Notes: a model not told the origin generated them from the sequence alone. Shown: positions 5,517 to 15,827, counted from the stretch's first letter. The stretch is 46,856 nt of DNA from Microvenator sp. (GCA_041554035.1 JBFFMO010000001.1:1-46856), one strand, 5' to 3'. A program made the numbers and translations.

Positions 5517-8500
5517 CTACAGCAGGCTCGGGCCTTCGGCGTAGCCGGTTGCGCCGTTCTGGGGTAGTTCCGGGCCGTCGTTCAGGCTGGCCTCGTCAAT
5601 CTGAACGTGGACGGCACCGAGGTTGATGCCGGAATAAGAAAGGAAGGCGATGGAATAATCGAAAACAAGGCTGCTGTCGATAATGAGGCCGTTGCTGTCT
5701 GTGTCGGCTGTGCCGGAAAACGACAGAAGCCACGAGTCGAAGACATCCTGAAGGCTCACGCTTGTTGGATTGTCAATGCCTGGCCCCAGGGTTCCAATGG
5801 CGTACTCTGCGCCCTCGTGCAAATGATCCAACAAATATTTGATTATCTCTGTGACGTCTACCGTCCCGCGATAGGAGTAAACGCCTGTCGTGATTTCCAC
5901 CTTAGTCAGGCCACTGGTTGGCACGGCCACCGACACGGGGGTGTAGCCGGTGACATCGCCATACTCATCGCGAGACACCTCAAACATGACCGTGTGCAGG
6001 GCGATGTAGTCCAGCGTGGAAGGTGTTGACCATTCTGCCGATCCGCCCGTGCGGTCTACATGCCCCGACTCTTCATAGATAGTTGCGCTCGTCAATTCGA
6101 GTTCTACCCATGCAAGAGCAATGTTGCTTGAGGCGAACCGGCGCAGATTACTTGGAAGGCCGAAGCCTACCAAGCCAGTCGAGGCCGAAAGAGTGATGCC
6201 GCCTTCGTCCGCAATTTGGCCGATGCCAATGCTGCCACCGCCAGAGCCATTCGGGAGACATCCGGACGAATCCCAAGGCACGGGAGGGGAGGTTAAAGCA
6301 TAGTTTGCCTTGGTAAGGCTAACGCCGGTCGCGCTGGATGCCCCCGCGTTGAGGTCATAGCCAAACACCGTGTAGTTCTGACTGTCGATAACCGCAGTAA
6401 ATGTCACGCCCCCGATCCCGCTCCCGGCATAGGGAGCCCCGGCATTGAACCAGCCAACGACGACCGCCGTGGTGAGGCAGCGATCCAGCGCGAGCATGTT
6501 CTCGACCGGGTGATTGGTGCGGGTGTCGTAGACGGTCATTTCGGCGTAGAGATTGTACTCGCCAGAGATCCACGCGCTCGCGTTGATGTAGAAAATGCCG
6601 TCCACCGGGTCATAGATGAAATCGTTCTCGCTGACGGCAGTGGCCACGCCGCCGGTCACGCGCTTCAGGGTCGGGGCGTAGCCGGTCGCGGTCCCTTCGT
6701 AGTCAATGGCCGGGGGGCTGATAGCGGAGTGCATCACGCTTGCGAGGGTCACGCCGGTGCCGTCGATGTCGCCAAGATTCTGGAACAGTTGGCCGTTGCG
6801 CCCTTCCAGCGAGCAGATCACCACGTCGCGCTTGTTGTAGTTCGCCCGGGTGAAGTCGGGAATACCGGTGGCGTGAACGGTGGGGGCGATCGCGCTGGTG
6901 TCCGCCGCCCCTGCGTAGGCTTTGGCCGCGAGTACTTGCAGGGCCACGCCATCGATGCCGGTGAAGGTCAGGACGTCGCCGGGGTAGACCTTGGCCTGCC
7001 GGTCGCCGATGCGGGTGCGCGAGACCTTCCAGTTGGTAATCTCGTGTGCGATATCCGGGGCGACCACATTCCCCGCGAAGTGGCAGTATTGCGTCTTGCG
7101 TTCATATTCTGTCCCGTTGAATTCGTCGTAAATCAACTGCACTTGCTGCGGCGCGAACTCCAACTGAATAAGACCGGGGCCGATCAGGGTCGCGGTGGCC
7201 ACCGTGCCAACGACGCTCTTGGTCTGGCGCGTCTTCGGCTCGAAAACGGTCTCGTCGAACCGGGGCACTTGCCACTTGATCGTATAGAGCCACGGCGTGC
7301 CAGGCGAAGCAACGGGGGCCATCTCCTGAGTGGCGTCGTAAACGGTCAGGCTCGTGCGCTCATCGTTGAGCAATAGCGTGCCGTCTCCCGGCAGGTCGAA
7401 CTTGCGCGAGGCAAAGGTCTTGTTGACTGGCACCTGATGCATGTAGTCGCCCTGCCCGTCCAGAGAGGGCTTCAGGCTTCTCGGCATCACTCCTTGAATC
7501 CGGCGCGGCAGGCCAGCCTCGTGGGAGTAGCCAGGAGTGCGGTCGGCATCATCCACCAAAGCGCGGCTGGCGGACGTGGCCCCCGCTGGATCGGTTTTGA
7601 CGTTGCTCTGCGCAATGGCGTCGAGGATGCCGACCGCGTCGCTTTCGGGCTGGCTGTTGACCCGAAACTTTTGCTGGTACTCGCGGAAGTTCAGGAACTC
7701 GTCGTACCCATCGACAACGTCCTGCGTCCGGTAGCGCAGATAACCCTCACCCCAGAAATCTTTGTACAGCCCTTGACCTGTTGAGATTTCATAAAGCCCC
7801 TCGGGATAATAGCCAACCGGAAGGCCGAGCAACATCCACAGGCCCGTGAAGTCTTCGCGCCCGACGCGCCAGAAAAGATGCTCGAACAATGCGGATTCCG
7901 GGGCGGGCAATGGGTTCTTGCCGATCTGTCGCAGGTAGAGCCCCCGCGCCAAGAAAAACAGGCTGTAGTGCGCCGGGGCCGGGTAGTAGGGATCGTACGC
8001 CTCGTACAGCGGGCAGGCGGTGTTGTTGCACCGTTCCTTGTATTCCGAAAGGTCTACCGTGGGCTGATCCAGTTTGCCGCAATGGAACTGGCCATCTATG
8101 CCCGCCGATGCGGGGGCGGTCGGGTAGGCGGCTTTGTACGACGGGAACAGGTTGCCTTCCCGCTCGACAGAGAACTTGCACGGCAGGGGCGACGGGACTT
8201 CACTTGGAGAGAGCGACAGCGCGACGAAAGGAACTGAGGCAGGCTGTACCTGCTCGCGTAGCAGATACAACTTGTCTTCGCGGGTCGGGTCTAAAGGGCG
8301 GGAAAGGGTGAGAACTGCTCCGTGGGTTCCGCCGCTCTCTCCAAGAAAAGTCACGTCCAACACTTGTGCGGTGCCGTACTGCCCCCACCGGTCAGCGCGT
8401 ACCACGTCGCCCGGCATGATGCTCGTGGGGTTGCCGCCGTTGATGCTGCGATCCAGCGCACGGGGGTCGCCTATCACGAGGCTGTAGGTGCATTCGCAGC

Positions 8501-9191
8501 CTGTGCCGTAGGCGGTTTCGACGGCGGTCACGAGGTTTTGCAAGGTCGCGCTCAGCGTTCCTCCGATGGTTACCGGAATATTGCCTTCAGCGTAGTTGCT
8601 GTCACTGTCGAACTCAAACGCCTTCACGTCCGGAATAACATCGTCGTTTTCGTCTAACGTTTTCCATGTCACCACGACCGCGAAGCCGTCCGCTGGTTGC
8701 TCGAAAAAGGTTTCTGACCAGGTGTGGTCGCCGTTGTCGAAATCGGCGTTGAACACATATTGGTTGTTCGGCCAGGTGATCGTCACTTCTTCCGGGTTGG
8801 TCATGGCGATAGCAGGGAACTGGAACACATGGCAGTAGTTCGGATATGCGCCGAGACTTTCCTCCCCGTTGTAGCGGCTGCCATCCATCCACCCTTGCGG
8901 GCCGATCAGCAGGTAGTTCAGTTGCATCAGCCGCCGCCATGCGAGATAAACGAGTTGGCGCGTCGCGTCTGTGTTGCCTTTCTCAACCGCCGCATAGTCC
9001 GCCGACGATCCGGCGGGGTGTCTCCACGAGACCTGTCGCAGGCGCAGTTCTTCCGGGATGGCTCCGCCGTTGAAGTAGTTCTTCACCGTGGTTAGGCCAG
9101 TTGGTGCTGGCATGCCGTCCACAGGATCAATAGGCGGGGATGCGGGAGTCGTTGCGGGGATGTTCCAGATTTTCGCCTCACTCATCACCAT
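5517..9191 (-). CDS. Very large distal tail / host-specificity protein (1224 aa); function assigned by size and position only
   Basis: Start ATG 9191 (MVMSEAKIW) overlaps the stop of the upstream gene (ATGGTGA). The ORF-track extension to 9578 overlaps that gene. Confidence 0.7.
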   Translation of the reverse strand: MVMSEAKIWNIPATTPASPPIDPVDGMPAPTGLTTVKNYFNGGAIPEELRLRQVSWRHPAGSSADYAAVEKGNTDATRQLVYLAWRRLMQLNYLLIGPQGWMDGSRYNGEESLGAYPNYCHVFQFPAIAMTNPEEVTITWPNNQYVFNADFDNGDHTWSETFFEQPADGFAVVVTWKTLDENDDVIPDVKAFEFDSDSNYAEGNIPVTIGGTLSATLQNLVTAVETAYGTGCECTYSLVIGDPRALDRSINGGNPTSIMPGDVVRADRWGQYGTAQVLDVTFLGESGGTHGAVLTLSRPLDPTREDKLYLLREQVQPASVPFVALSLSPSEVPSPLPCKFSVEREGNLFPSYKAAYPTAPASAGIDGQFHCGKLDQPTVDLSEYKERCNNTACPLYEAYDPYYPAPAHYSLFFLARGLYLRQIGKNPLPAPESALFEHLFWRVGREDFTGLWMLLGLPVGYYPEGLYEISTGQGLYKDFWGEGYLRYRTQDVVDGYDEFLNFREYQQKFRVNSQPESDAVGILDAIAQSNVKTDPAGATSASRALVDDADRTPGYSHEAGLPRRIQGVMPRSLKPSLDGQGDYMHQVPVNKTFASRKFDLPGDGTLLLNDERTSLTVYDATQEMAPVASPGTPWLYTIKWQVPRFDETVFEPKTRQTKSVVGTVATATLIGPGLIQLEFAPQQVQLIYDEFNGTEYERKTQYCHFAGNVVAPDIAHEITNWKVSRTRIGDRQAKVYPGDVLTFTGIDGVALQVLAAKAYAGAADTSAIAPTVHATGIPDFTRANYNKRDVVICSLEGRNGQLFQNLGDIDGTGVTLASVMHSAISPPAIDYEGTATGYAPTLKRVTGGVATAVSENDFIYDPVDGIFYINASAWISGEYNLYAEMTVYDTRTNHPVENMLALDRCLTTAVVVGWFNAGAPYAGSGIGGVTFTAVIDSQNYTVFGYDLNAGASSATGVSLTKANYALTSPPVPWDSSGCLPNGSGGGSIGIGQIADEGGITLSASTGLVGFGLPSNLRRFASSNIALAWVELELTSATIYEESGHVDRTGGSAEWSTPSTLDYIALHTVMFEVSRDEYGDVTGYTPVSVAVPTSGLTKVEITTGVYSYRGTVDVTEIIKYLLDHLHEGAEYAIGTLGPGIDNPTSVSLQDVFDSWLLSFSGTADTDSNGLIIDSSLVFDYSIAFLSYSGINLGAVHVQIDEASLNDGPELPQNGATGYAEGPSLL

Positions 9192-11377
9192 TCCCCCTCG
9201 AAGTACACCAGACGGCTGCTGCTGCCACTTCCGCCTTTTTTCTTCGGAGTGCGGTCGGGCAGGTTGCCGGTGCGGGCCTGAAGTTTTGCAATGTCTCCGC
9301 GCATCGCCTTTATCTCTTTGGCCACCGCGCGCGGCCCACTCATGCCGGGGAACTCGACCAGCCCCGCCAGTTGCGCCACATCTATTTCGAGGTAGCCAGT
9401 CTGGATCGTGGTGGTCTGGCTCCGATGCTGGAAGTTCCAACTCTTGTGCGTGACGACCGTCCCGATTGAATGGCTCTCGCTCGATTGCAACACGCGGCGG
9501 ATATAAGTGCCGATGGGTGCGCTCCCGCCGATTCCCTTCACTGTCAGGTTCAAGGTCTGGCGTTTCTGCCCATACCACGCCATCGCCAGTGCGGCCACCT
9601 GTCGCAGGATCGGCGAGTCATCCCGCACGACTCCGCCCGCGTGATGCAGCAATGCGCCGTCCTTCACGCCGGTGACGGTTTGCGGGACGACGTACTGCGC
9701 CAGCGCATCCTCGACCGGGATCACGAGCGTCTCGGTCGGTGCGCCTGTTTGCGGGCGGCCCAGACTCGCCACCACGCGCAAGGTTTCGTCGCTCTCGAAA
9801 GATACGGTTGCCAGAAGGTTCTCATAGTCCACCACCGCCTCGGTGTCGCTCTGAACCATTGCGGGATCTGTGTCGAAATGGTTCAGGCCCAGAACATGGT
9901 TGATGTCGGCTGCGGTCTCGATGGCAAACTCCGTGTCTGTCATGCGCACCTGTGCCGTGCCGGTCTCTCCGGTTTCGATCTGCCGGTATGTCGTGCCCTC
10001 TTTCACCAGAACAAGCGGCTCCTGATACTCCGGGTCGGCCCCGGTCACGCTCGCTGGTTTCTTGAACGGGATCGTGCGCAGAAACGCCTTGCCATTAAAC
10101 AGCGAGTTGGCGGCGGCGGCAGTGTCCAGCGTGCCGTCGTCTTTCACCGTGGGCACCACGAGCCGCTTGGTCGATCCGAACGTCCCGTCGCCCGCCTTGA
10201 AGTTCCAGTCGCGCGGAACGCGGTGGTGCTGATAAACGCGCGGAAGGCGTGCCTGGCGTTCCTGATCGTTCAGCGCGGCGTCGGTCGTGTTCGCCATGTC
10301 GCCGAGGCTGTTGTAGAGCGTTTCCTCGGCAGCCGTCCACCCGCGCTCCAGTGTCCCTTCGGCGTAGGACAGCGAGCAGCACACCTGCACCGGCTGGCCA
10401 TGCACCTCGATGCGGTCGACCTGCTTCGCGCTCGATTCCTCAAAGGTCGCACTCTCGATGTTGCGATTGTCGGCCACGGGGATGCTGTCGATAATTCGCG
10501 AGTTGCCTGGCAGTGAAACGTTCAGGATGTTCAGCCCGTCGCCAAGCAGAGAAAAAACGTGGACATACACCGCGCCCGAGCCGCTCGTCTCCAGATTCCA
10601 CCCCATACCAAACTGGCGGGGGATAAGGTGGTCGAGGGCTTGCGCCAGCGTCAAACCGCGCAGCCGGTGCACGTCGGTAATGTTGGCCAGCATCTCGTAT
10701 TCGCCCGACAGCCCGCAGTACATCCCCTCGGGGGCGTGATAAACGAGGAGGTTTTCCACCACCTGCTGGTTGTTCCACACCTCATCGCCGCCGAAGACGT
10801 AGGCTTCCTCGACCTGCCCGGTGATCTCTACTTCCACGCCGACCTTGGCCGCTGACCGGTTGCCCACCAAACGCGGGCCGCCGTGACCGCCAGCCGTGTT
10901 GAAGTCCGGCATTCGGTTGATGCGGTCGGCTGGCCCCGATGCCGGGACAATGTAGGAGTGATTCAATGCCACGCGGTCAAAAATCTTGATCAGCCCCCAG
11001 GCGCGAATAGTCTGCATGCCGCTAACTCGTGCCGCGTCACTGCCGTCGACAGACTGGCCGCTGGTGGATATTTGCCCGTGCCACAGCGTTTCAGTTGGAC
11101 TCCCCGGCGTATGGCTGCGGATTTGCACGAACATCCTGTCGAGGTTCAGAGGAGTGTAAACGCCTTCGCGGGTTTCGCCCGGCTGCACAATGGCGCCGTA
11201 GCGGTAGAGGAACTCTGCGCTCCCGGCGAACGAACCGGCTGACCCATTGGCCGACTGCGGTTCGAGGTAGGAAAGCAGCGTCCACTCGTCGAACCACCGG
11301 GCTTTCACCCACGCAGTGACATACGCCTCTTGCAGGGCGGCGTCGGTTTCGGGCGGTGCGATCTGGAAAAGAGTCAT
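9185..11377 (-). CDS. Large tail structural protein (730 aa)
   Basis: Long ORF, ATGA-coupled on its 5' side. Position within the tail operon. No motif recognised. Confidence 0.7.
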   Translation of the reverse strand: MTLFQIAPPETDAALQEAYVTAWVKARWFDEWTLLSYLEPQSANGSAGSFAGSAEFLYRYGAIVQPGETREGVYTPLNLDRMFVQIRSHTPGSPTETLWHGQISTSGQSVDGSDAARVSGMQTIRAWGLIKIFDRVALNHSYIVPASGPADRINRMPDFNTAGGHGGPRLVGNRSAAKVGVEVEITGQVEEAYVFGGDEVWNNQQVVENLLVYHAPEGMYCGLSGEYEMLANITDVHRLRGLTLAQALDHLIPRQFGMGWNLETSGSGAVYVHVFSLLGDGLNILNVSLPGNSRIIDSIPVADNRNIESATFEESSAKQVDRIEVHGQPVQVCCSLSYAEGTLERGWTAAEETLYNSLGDMANTTDAALNDQERQARLPRVYQHHRVPRDWNFKAGDGTFGSTKRLVVPTVKDDGTLDTAAAANSLFNGKAFLRTIPFKKPASVTGADPEYQEPLVLVKEGTTYRQIETGETGTAQVRMTDTEFAIETAADINHVLGLNHFDTDPAMVQSDTEAVVDYENLLATVSFESDETLRVVASLGRPQTGAPTETLVIPVEDALAQYVVPQTVTGVKDGALLHHAGGVVRDDSPILRQVAALAMAWYGQKRQTLNLTVKGIGGSAPIGTYIRRVLQSSESHSIGTVVTHKSWNFQHRSQTTTIQTGYLEIDVAQLAGLVEFPGMSGPRAVAKEIKAMRGDIAKLQARTGNLPDRTPKKKGGSGSSSRLVYFEGEW

Positions 11378-11658
11378 TGCAGAATACCTTTCACATCGCG
11401 CTGGATTTCAGCGATCCAACCTTCGTGTCCCTTGCATCGTTCTTCGATTGCCGCGAAATGTGCATCATGCCGCTGTATGGCGGCTTCGTGTTCGTCCTGC
11501 TTTATGCCGCTGGTCAAAACTGCTGCTTTCAAGGCGTTGAACTCCCCGAACAGTTTCCCTAATGTAAAAATCAGGCATGCAACACTGGCGATGTTGGCAA
11601 AAGTAAAAACAAGTAGGGCAATCACTGCCTCAAGATGATCGGCGATCCATTGAAGCAT
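11374..11658 (-). CDS. Small membrane-anchored coiled-coil protein (94 aa)
   Basis: One N-terminal hydrophobic helix (AVIALLVFTFANIASVACLIFTLGKLF) and a charged helical C-terminus. TAATG and ATGA coupling to both neighbours. Confidence 0.65.
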   Translation of the reverse strand: MLQWIADHLEAVIALLVFTFANIASVACLIFTLGKLFGEFNALKAAVLTSGIKQDEHEAAIQRHDAHFAAIEERCKGHEGWIAEIQRDVKGILQ

Positions 11659-13574
11659 TACAAAACCCCCTGAATAATATTGCGCACCTTAAGCGCCGCC
11701 GTACTCGGGTGCGTCCCGGCCAGAGCCATCGCCACGTTGCCGCGTGCGCCGGTGAAGAGTGTTGCGTCCTCGTCGAAATTCCACCGGATACCCCGCTCGC
11801 CGTCGCTCCACGGGAACGTTGCATCGACCAGCCACGAGGCCACCCGCAGGTTCCCGCTCGCGTCGATCTCCATAGCCCGCCTGCGACTGCCCACTGGACC
11901 CACGGCGAAGGCGATCCGGTCACCGACCAGTTCCACCTCGCGGTTCTGCGGCTCGTCCACGAACGACCAGTCCTGCACGGTGCCAGCCAGCAACAGTTCC
12001 AGATTTGCATTGACCGCCGCGACCAGTTGGCCGTTGTTCCAGAAGCGCAGCACATTGCTGCCCGCTTGCGTGTCAATCCATGTATCGCCATTCGCTCGCC
12101 ACAGGTCGAACCACTCACCAGACTGTGCCCCGGTGGCGTAACAACAAGCCGCCTCGGGCGTGGTGGCGGTGCTGCCGATCTGCGCGGTGGTGTCGTAAAT
12201 ATCGCTGTTGCCAGACTCCACCCACGGGACGCTTGTCGTATTGCGCATGCCCACAAACACGCTGACGGGCGTGCCGTGCGGATAGGGGCCAAGGTCGATG
12301 TCGAGCAACGCGACGGGCTTGCTGGTGTCCACTGCGACCAGCAGCGTGCCAAACTCGCCCGGCTCTGCGCTCCCGCCATCGGTGCGAACGTTCATAGAGA
12401 AATGCGTGGCGACGTTCTCGTCGCGTTGCCAGTCGTACTCCGCCCGCAGGCGCACACCGCCATAGCCGTCTGGCACAAGTGTGATGTTCTCGGGAGCAAT
12501 TGGCGGCAGGGCTTTTGATTCGCCGCTGTCGCCAACCTGCACCGACCAGGTCGCGATGTTCTGCGACTCCAGCCCCCAACGGTTCTGCCGACGCAAGGCG
12601 AACTGATAGGTGTGGCCCGTGTCCTGGGCGGGAGTGGTGAAGGGGGGCTCTTCGCTGTAGGTCTGGTACGGGGTCGAAAAGTCCGGCGGGCCGTCCACGC
12701 CACGATAGAGGTGGTAGCGTTCGACGTAGTCCCGGCTGATCGCAAACGTCCCTGCCACTTCGCCCGCCACGTCGGTCTGGTCGTCAATGTCATACTGCCA
12801 CTTGATCGCGTGCAAACTTTCTGGCGTGGGCGGCGGCAGATAGCCCACCTGAAGCCCGACCCAGATACCAACCGAAGCCCCCGCAGCCAGCGTACCGATC
12901 TGCAACCCGGTCGCCGGTGTCTGCCCGGTGTACTGACCTGCGGCGTAGGCAGCGGGCCAGTCGTCAGTGACCGGCACATCGCCAAGCGGGGACAGGTCGG
13001 TCATGCGCCCATCGACCAGAGCCTCTTGTGCCAGCGCGATTACCATGTTGTCGGTGTCGCCCTCGTTCCACAGCACCAGATTAGTGATGTCGTAGGCGGA
13101 CTCGTTCTTGAGAATGATCGCCCGAAACCGGGTGGTGTAGCCAGGCTCGTGTTCGTCCGGGCCGCTCGCGACCGTGTTCCGGCACTGCGTCAAAACAACC
13201 GTAGACGATCCGACCAGCGCGGTATTGCTCGTGCGTGTCACACGCAGGTATTTTTCTGGATCACCACCGGGCAGCAGCACTGTGGTGTTGGGAGAAAGAG
13301 TGGTTGGGCTCCCTTGCGTCCCGCCCGGTGGTGTCCAAGCCAAAGTGTTACTTGTTAAAACATCCCGCGACCCGATCCCCTCACCATTGGCCGGGGCTGC
13401 GAAGTCAATCTCCACGCCAGCGATGGCACTGCGCACCCGCACGCCGAGACCGTTCGCCTCGCTCGCCGACCGGTAGCCGCCCAGAGAGAGACAGTGAGCC
13501 GACTGATCGCCGCCGTCGCTCTCCGCGCCAGTGAGATAACATCCAAGGGCATCGTGGGCCGCCGTCACGTCCAT
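11658..13574 (-). CDS. Large tail structural protein (638 aa)
   Basis: Long ORF in the tail operon, tightly packed. Confidence 0.7.
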   Translation of the reverse strand: MDVTAAHDALGCYLTGAESDGGDQSAHCLSLGGYRSASEANGLGVRVRSAIAGVEIDFAAPANGEGIGSRDVLTSNTLAWTPPGGTQGSPTTLSPNTTVLLPGGDPEKYLRVTRTSNTALVGSSTVVLTQCRNTVASGPDEHEPGYTTRFRAIILKNESAYDITNLVLWNEGDTDNMVIALAQEALVDGRMTDLSPLGDVPVTDDWPAAYAAGQYTGQTPATGLQIGTLAAGASVGIWVGLQVGYLPPPTPESLHAIKWQYDIDDQTDVAGEVAGTFAISRDYVERYHLYRGVDGPPDFSTPYQTYSEEPPFTTPAQDTGHTYQFALRRQNRWGLESQNIATWSVQVGDSGESKALPPIAPENITLVPDGYGGVRLRAEYDWQRDENVATHFSMNVRTDGGSAEPGEFGTLLVAVDTSKPVALLDIDLGPYPHGTPVSVFVGMRNTTSVPWVESGNSDIYDTTAQIGSTATTPEAACCYATGAQSGEWFDLWRANGDTWIDTQAGSNVLRFWNNGQLVAAVNANLELLLAGTVQDWSFVDEPQNREVELVGDRIAFAVGPVGSRRRAMEIDASGNLRVASWLVDATFPWSDGERGIRWNFDEDATLFTGARGNVAMALAGTHPSTAALKVRNIIQGVL

Positions 13575-13577
13575 TGC

Positions 13578-13874
13578 TTACGCCCTCCCGTCGGCGAGCA
13601 CTTCGCCCACATGAAGGTTGACAATATTCTTGCCGCCGCTCCAATCGCCAAGCGTATAGAAGGGCTGGAGTTGATACGTTCCGACCTCGTCCAAATCGCC
13701 AGCCTGAACCGTGTATTCCATCGTGTTAGCGTCGACGATCTCAAGAGTTTCCCAAGCCACCACGGCTCCTGACTGCTTCTGAACACGCACATATTGATCC
13801 GTGGCGTTGGTAATATCTTCAGAGAAGGTGAAGGCGATCACAGTCCCAATGTCATTTTTTCGCGCGTGCGGCAT
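13578..13874 (-). CDS. Hypothetical virion-module protein (98 aa)
   Basis: ATG 13874 lies 2 nt after the upstream stop. Sequence looks beta-rich. Confidence 0.6.
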   Translation of the reverse strand: MPHARKNDIGTVIAFTFSEDITNATDQYVRVQKQSGAVVAWETLEIVDANTMEYTVQAGDLDEVGTYQLQPFYTLGDWSGGKNIVNLHVGEVLADGRA

Positions 13875-13876
13875 TA

Positions 13877-14098
13877 TCAGTTTCCTCCCACAAATTCAAT
13901 TCGTTCTGGTGTTGGTTCCATGTTGAAAGACGCGGTGCGAGAGTTGCCAACCGACAAGGCAACCCGTTTGCTGGACGTATCTACAGGCAGGGCCACCCGA
14001 ACGGCTGGTTCATTGCCGGTGGCATCCAAAAAAAAGCCAAACGATCCAGCAGTGTAGCCAGTGGCGGAAGGAAAGAAACCGTAGACGCTTTGGATCAC
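13877..14098 (-). CDS. Hypothetical virion-module protein (73 aa, GTG start)
   Basis: GTGA overlap with the upstream stop. Confidence 0.5.
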   Translation of the reverse strand: MIQSVYGFFPSATGYTAGSFGFFLDATGNEPAVRVALPVDTSSKRVALSVGNSRTASFNMEPTPERIEFVGGN

Positions 14099-14691
14099 AG
14101 CGGCAGCCTTTCCGTCTCAGAGAGGGTGAACGATTTCAAAACCGTCGTTCCATTCTCTTTGTAGATGTTGAATGTTGAGCCGATGATTTTAAACCGGCCA
14201 GCCGCCATTGCCAGTATCATTTCGAGACACTCCCCGAGGGAGAGCGACACGTCACCGGTCGGATTCGCGGCAAGCAACCCGGCTACTATTTCGCCAACGT
14301 TCGGAAGCGCTCCAACCTCTACCGACGTGGCAACAGCCGACACATCCGCCTTGCTTGCATCTCTGCTCGCGCTGTCCGTTGTCACCTCGTCGACAGCGTT
14401 GTCGAACGTCGAACGCGTAGAAACTGCCGCGTCCAGGTTGGCGTCGTCAGGCGTGATTTGGAGAACCTTATACCGGTCGCCGTCGCTCATTGTTCCATCG
14501 CCGGAGTTGACCCGGCAGGCAACCGCCACGCTTGGCGAAGCGTCGAAGGCGTAGAACCCTCCTGACAACTCCGCGACCGTGGGAGCCGTCCCGGCGCTCG
14601 TCCCGTCGCTCACCTTGGCGTAAACATCCACAGTGGGTGTGAGTCCGGTTTTAGGCGTTCCGCCGTCTGAAAAATAGACCAGGTATCTCAT
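14095..14691 (-). CDS. Hypothetical tail-module protein (198 aa)
   Basis: ATG 14691 (MRYLVYFSDGG) overlaps the upstream stop by ATGA. The ORF-track start at 14790 overlaps the upstream gene. Confidence 0.6.
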   Translation of the reverse strand: MRYLVYFSDGGTPKTGLTPTVDVYAKVSDGTSAGTAPTVAELSGGFYAFDASPSVAVACRVNSGDGTMSDGDRYKVLQITPDDANLDAAVSTRSTFDNAVDEVTTDSASRDASKADVSAVATSVEVGALPNVGEIVAGLLAANPTGDVSLSLGECLEMILAMAAGRFKIIGSTFNIYKENGTTVLKSFTLSETERLPL

Positions 14692-15824
14692 GCAATCACT
14701 CCTTTGGTTCCTACTGGAAACAAGCTCATATTTACGCTCACAGTAGAGGCTCCACCAGTGGAGGACGGCGCGTAAAGCCGCGCCCTCCAACTACGCGGTA
14801 CGGACATATCTACTTTCGTCAAAATGAGCGTCACAAATCCGGTTTTGCTAATAGTTATTGTGTGCGGAGAATACAGCGTCTCGGTCTCGCTTGTTCCCAA
14901 CTGATCAACGTACTGCACAATCTGTTCAGCAATGTCGCCGTTCGCGTCTGTAGTGGTGGAAAAAACCTGCGTAGCATGCTGGTCATGGCATACAACAGTA
15001 GCGCCATCAACCGCAGCGTCAACAGCGTCCACTATCTGCAGATTCAGTGGATGGCGCTCGCGTAATTCATTATTCGCATTGGCAAGCAATGTCCGCGTCC
15101 TGTTGTAAAAGCAATCAATTAAAGTAATAATGTCTCCAGAGAATGGGACATAAATATCGCGCAATACAGTGCTTGTGACTCTGGCATTAGAGACCGTTGC
15201 CGTTGCGGACGTGATACCGCTTTCCGCCCTGTGAGTATGGACATTCTCAAAAAGCGCAGGAGTTGCCTGAAGGTTCACGCCGCATTCGGAAAGGAACACC
15301 CCGGATAGTGTTGTATTGGGTGAACGCAAAACAAGCGCATTGCCAGCCGCTTGGATTCTGCTGTCTCGGATTTCAACCGTGCAGGATGTGTTGTAACAGG
15401 CAATCCACCAGTTGTTTTCTTGGATCAGCGTCGAGCCGAACATTTTAAACGACCCGGCACCAGTAGCCGTGACGAAAAAATGTGCGGTAGTTTTGAGCCG
15501 CCACGTTGAACCATTCACCCCGTACCCGCCGTACAGTTCGCCAAGTTGAAGCGTAGCGTTACCATACACCTCAAACTGCACCCCATCGTCAAAGATTACC
15601 AACTCGTTCAAAGACTTGAAATAGGAAGCCGTAGCCCCGTCTCCGAATCTTATTTTCGTAGCCCCAGAAGAAATAAAGTACGCAATACCTGCGACAATCT
15701 CAGATACAATTCCCCACCCGCCAGCAACATCAGCGGCATATATGTCAGCCATCGTCGCGGGGACGGATTCCGTCCCGCCTGTGACAATAATTTCTGAACC
15801 GGGTTTGGTCACTGAAATCGGCAT
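14688..15824 (-). CDS. Putative tailspike-like protein: beta-helix-like N-part plus carboxypeptidase-regulatory-like C-domain (378 aa)
   Basis: Repetitive beta-strand pattern. C-terminal LNLQIVDAVDAAVDGATVVC...TTTDANGDIAEQIV...TISKTGF resembles a CarboxypepD_reg fold. Markedly AT-richer than its neighbours. Confidence 0.55.
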   Translation of the reverse strand: MPISVTKPGSEIIVTGGTESVPATMADIYAADVAGGWGIVSEIVAGIAYFISSGATKIRFGDGATASYFKSLNELVIFDDGVQFEVYGNATLQLGELYGGYGVNGSTWRLKTTAHFFVTATGAGSFKMFGSTLIQENNWWIACYNTSCTVEIRDSRIQAAGNALVLRSPNTTLSGVFLSECGVNLQATPALFENVHTHRAESGITSATATVSNARVTSTVLRDIYVPFSGDIITLIDCFYNRTRTLLANANNELRERHPLNLQIVDAVDAAVDGATVVCHDQHATQVFSTTTDANGDIAEQIVQYVDQLGTSETETLYSPHTITISKTGFVTLILTKVDMSVPRSWRARLYAPSSTGGASTVSVNMSLFPVGTKGVIA

Positions 15825-15827
15825 GGG

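Noticed and set aside
9192-9578. N-terminal 129-aa extension of the 1353-aa ORF
   Set aside because: The extension overlaps the 3' end of the 730-aa tail gene and is Arg/Pro/His-rich. An ATG at 9191 overlaps the upstream stop in the coupling pattern seen throughout the operon.
11630-12985. Alternative-frame ORFs (249 aa, 197 aa, 269 aa) within the 638-aa tail gene
   Set aside because: They overlap a longer, better-packed ORF. Their compositions are dominated by Arg/Pro/Trp/Ser, typical of off-frame GC-rich sequence.
5517-13574. Diversity-generating retroelement targeting the large tail proteins
   Set aside because: No reverse transcriptase ORF exists anywhere in the genome, and I saw no template/variable repeat pair near the 3' ends of the tail genes.
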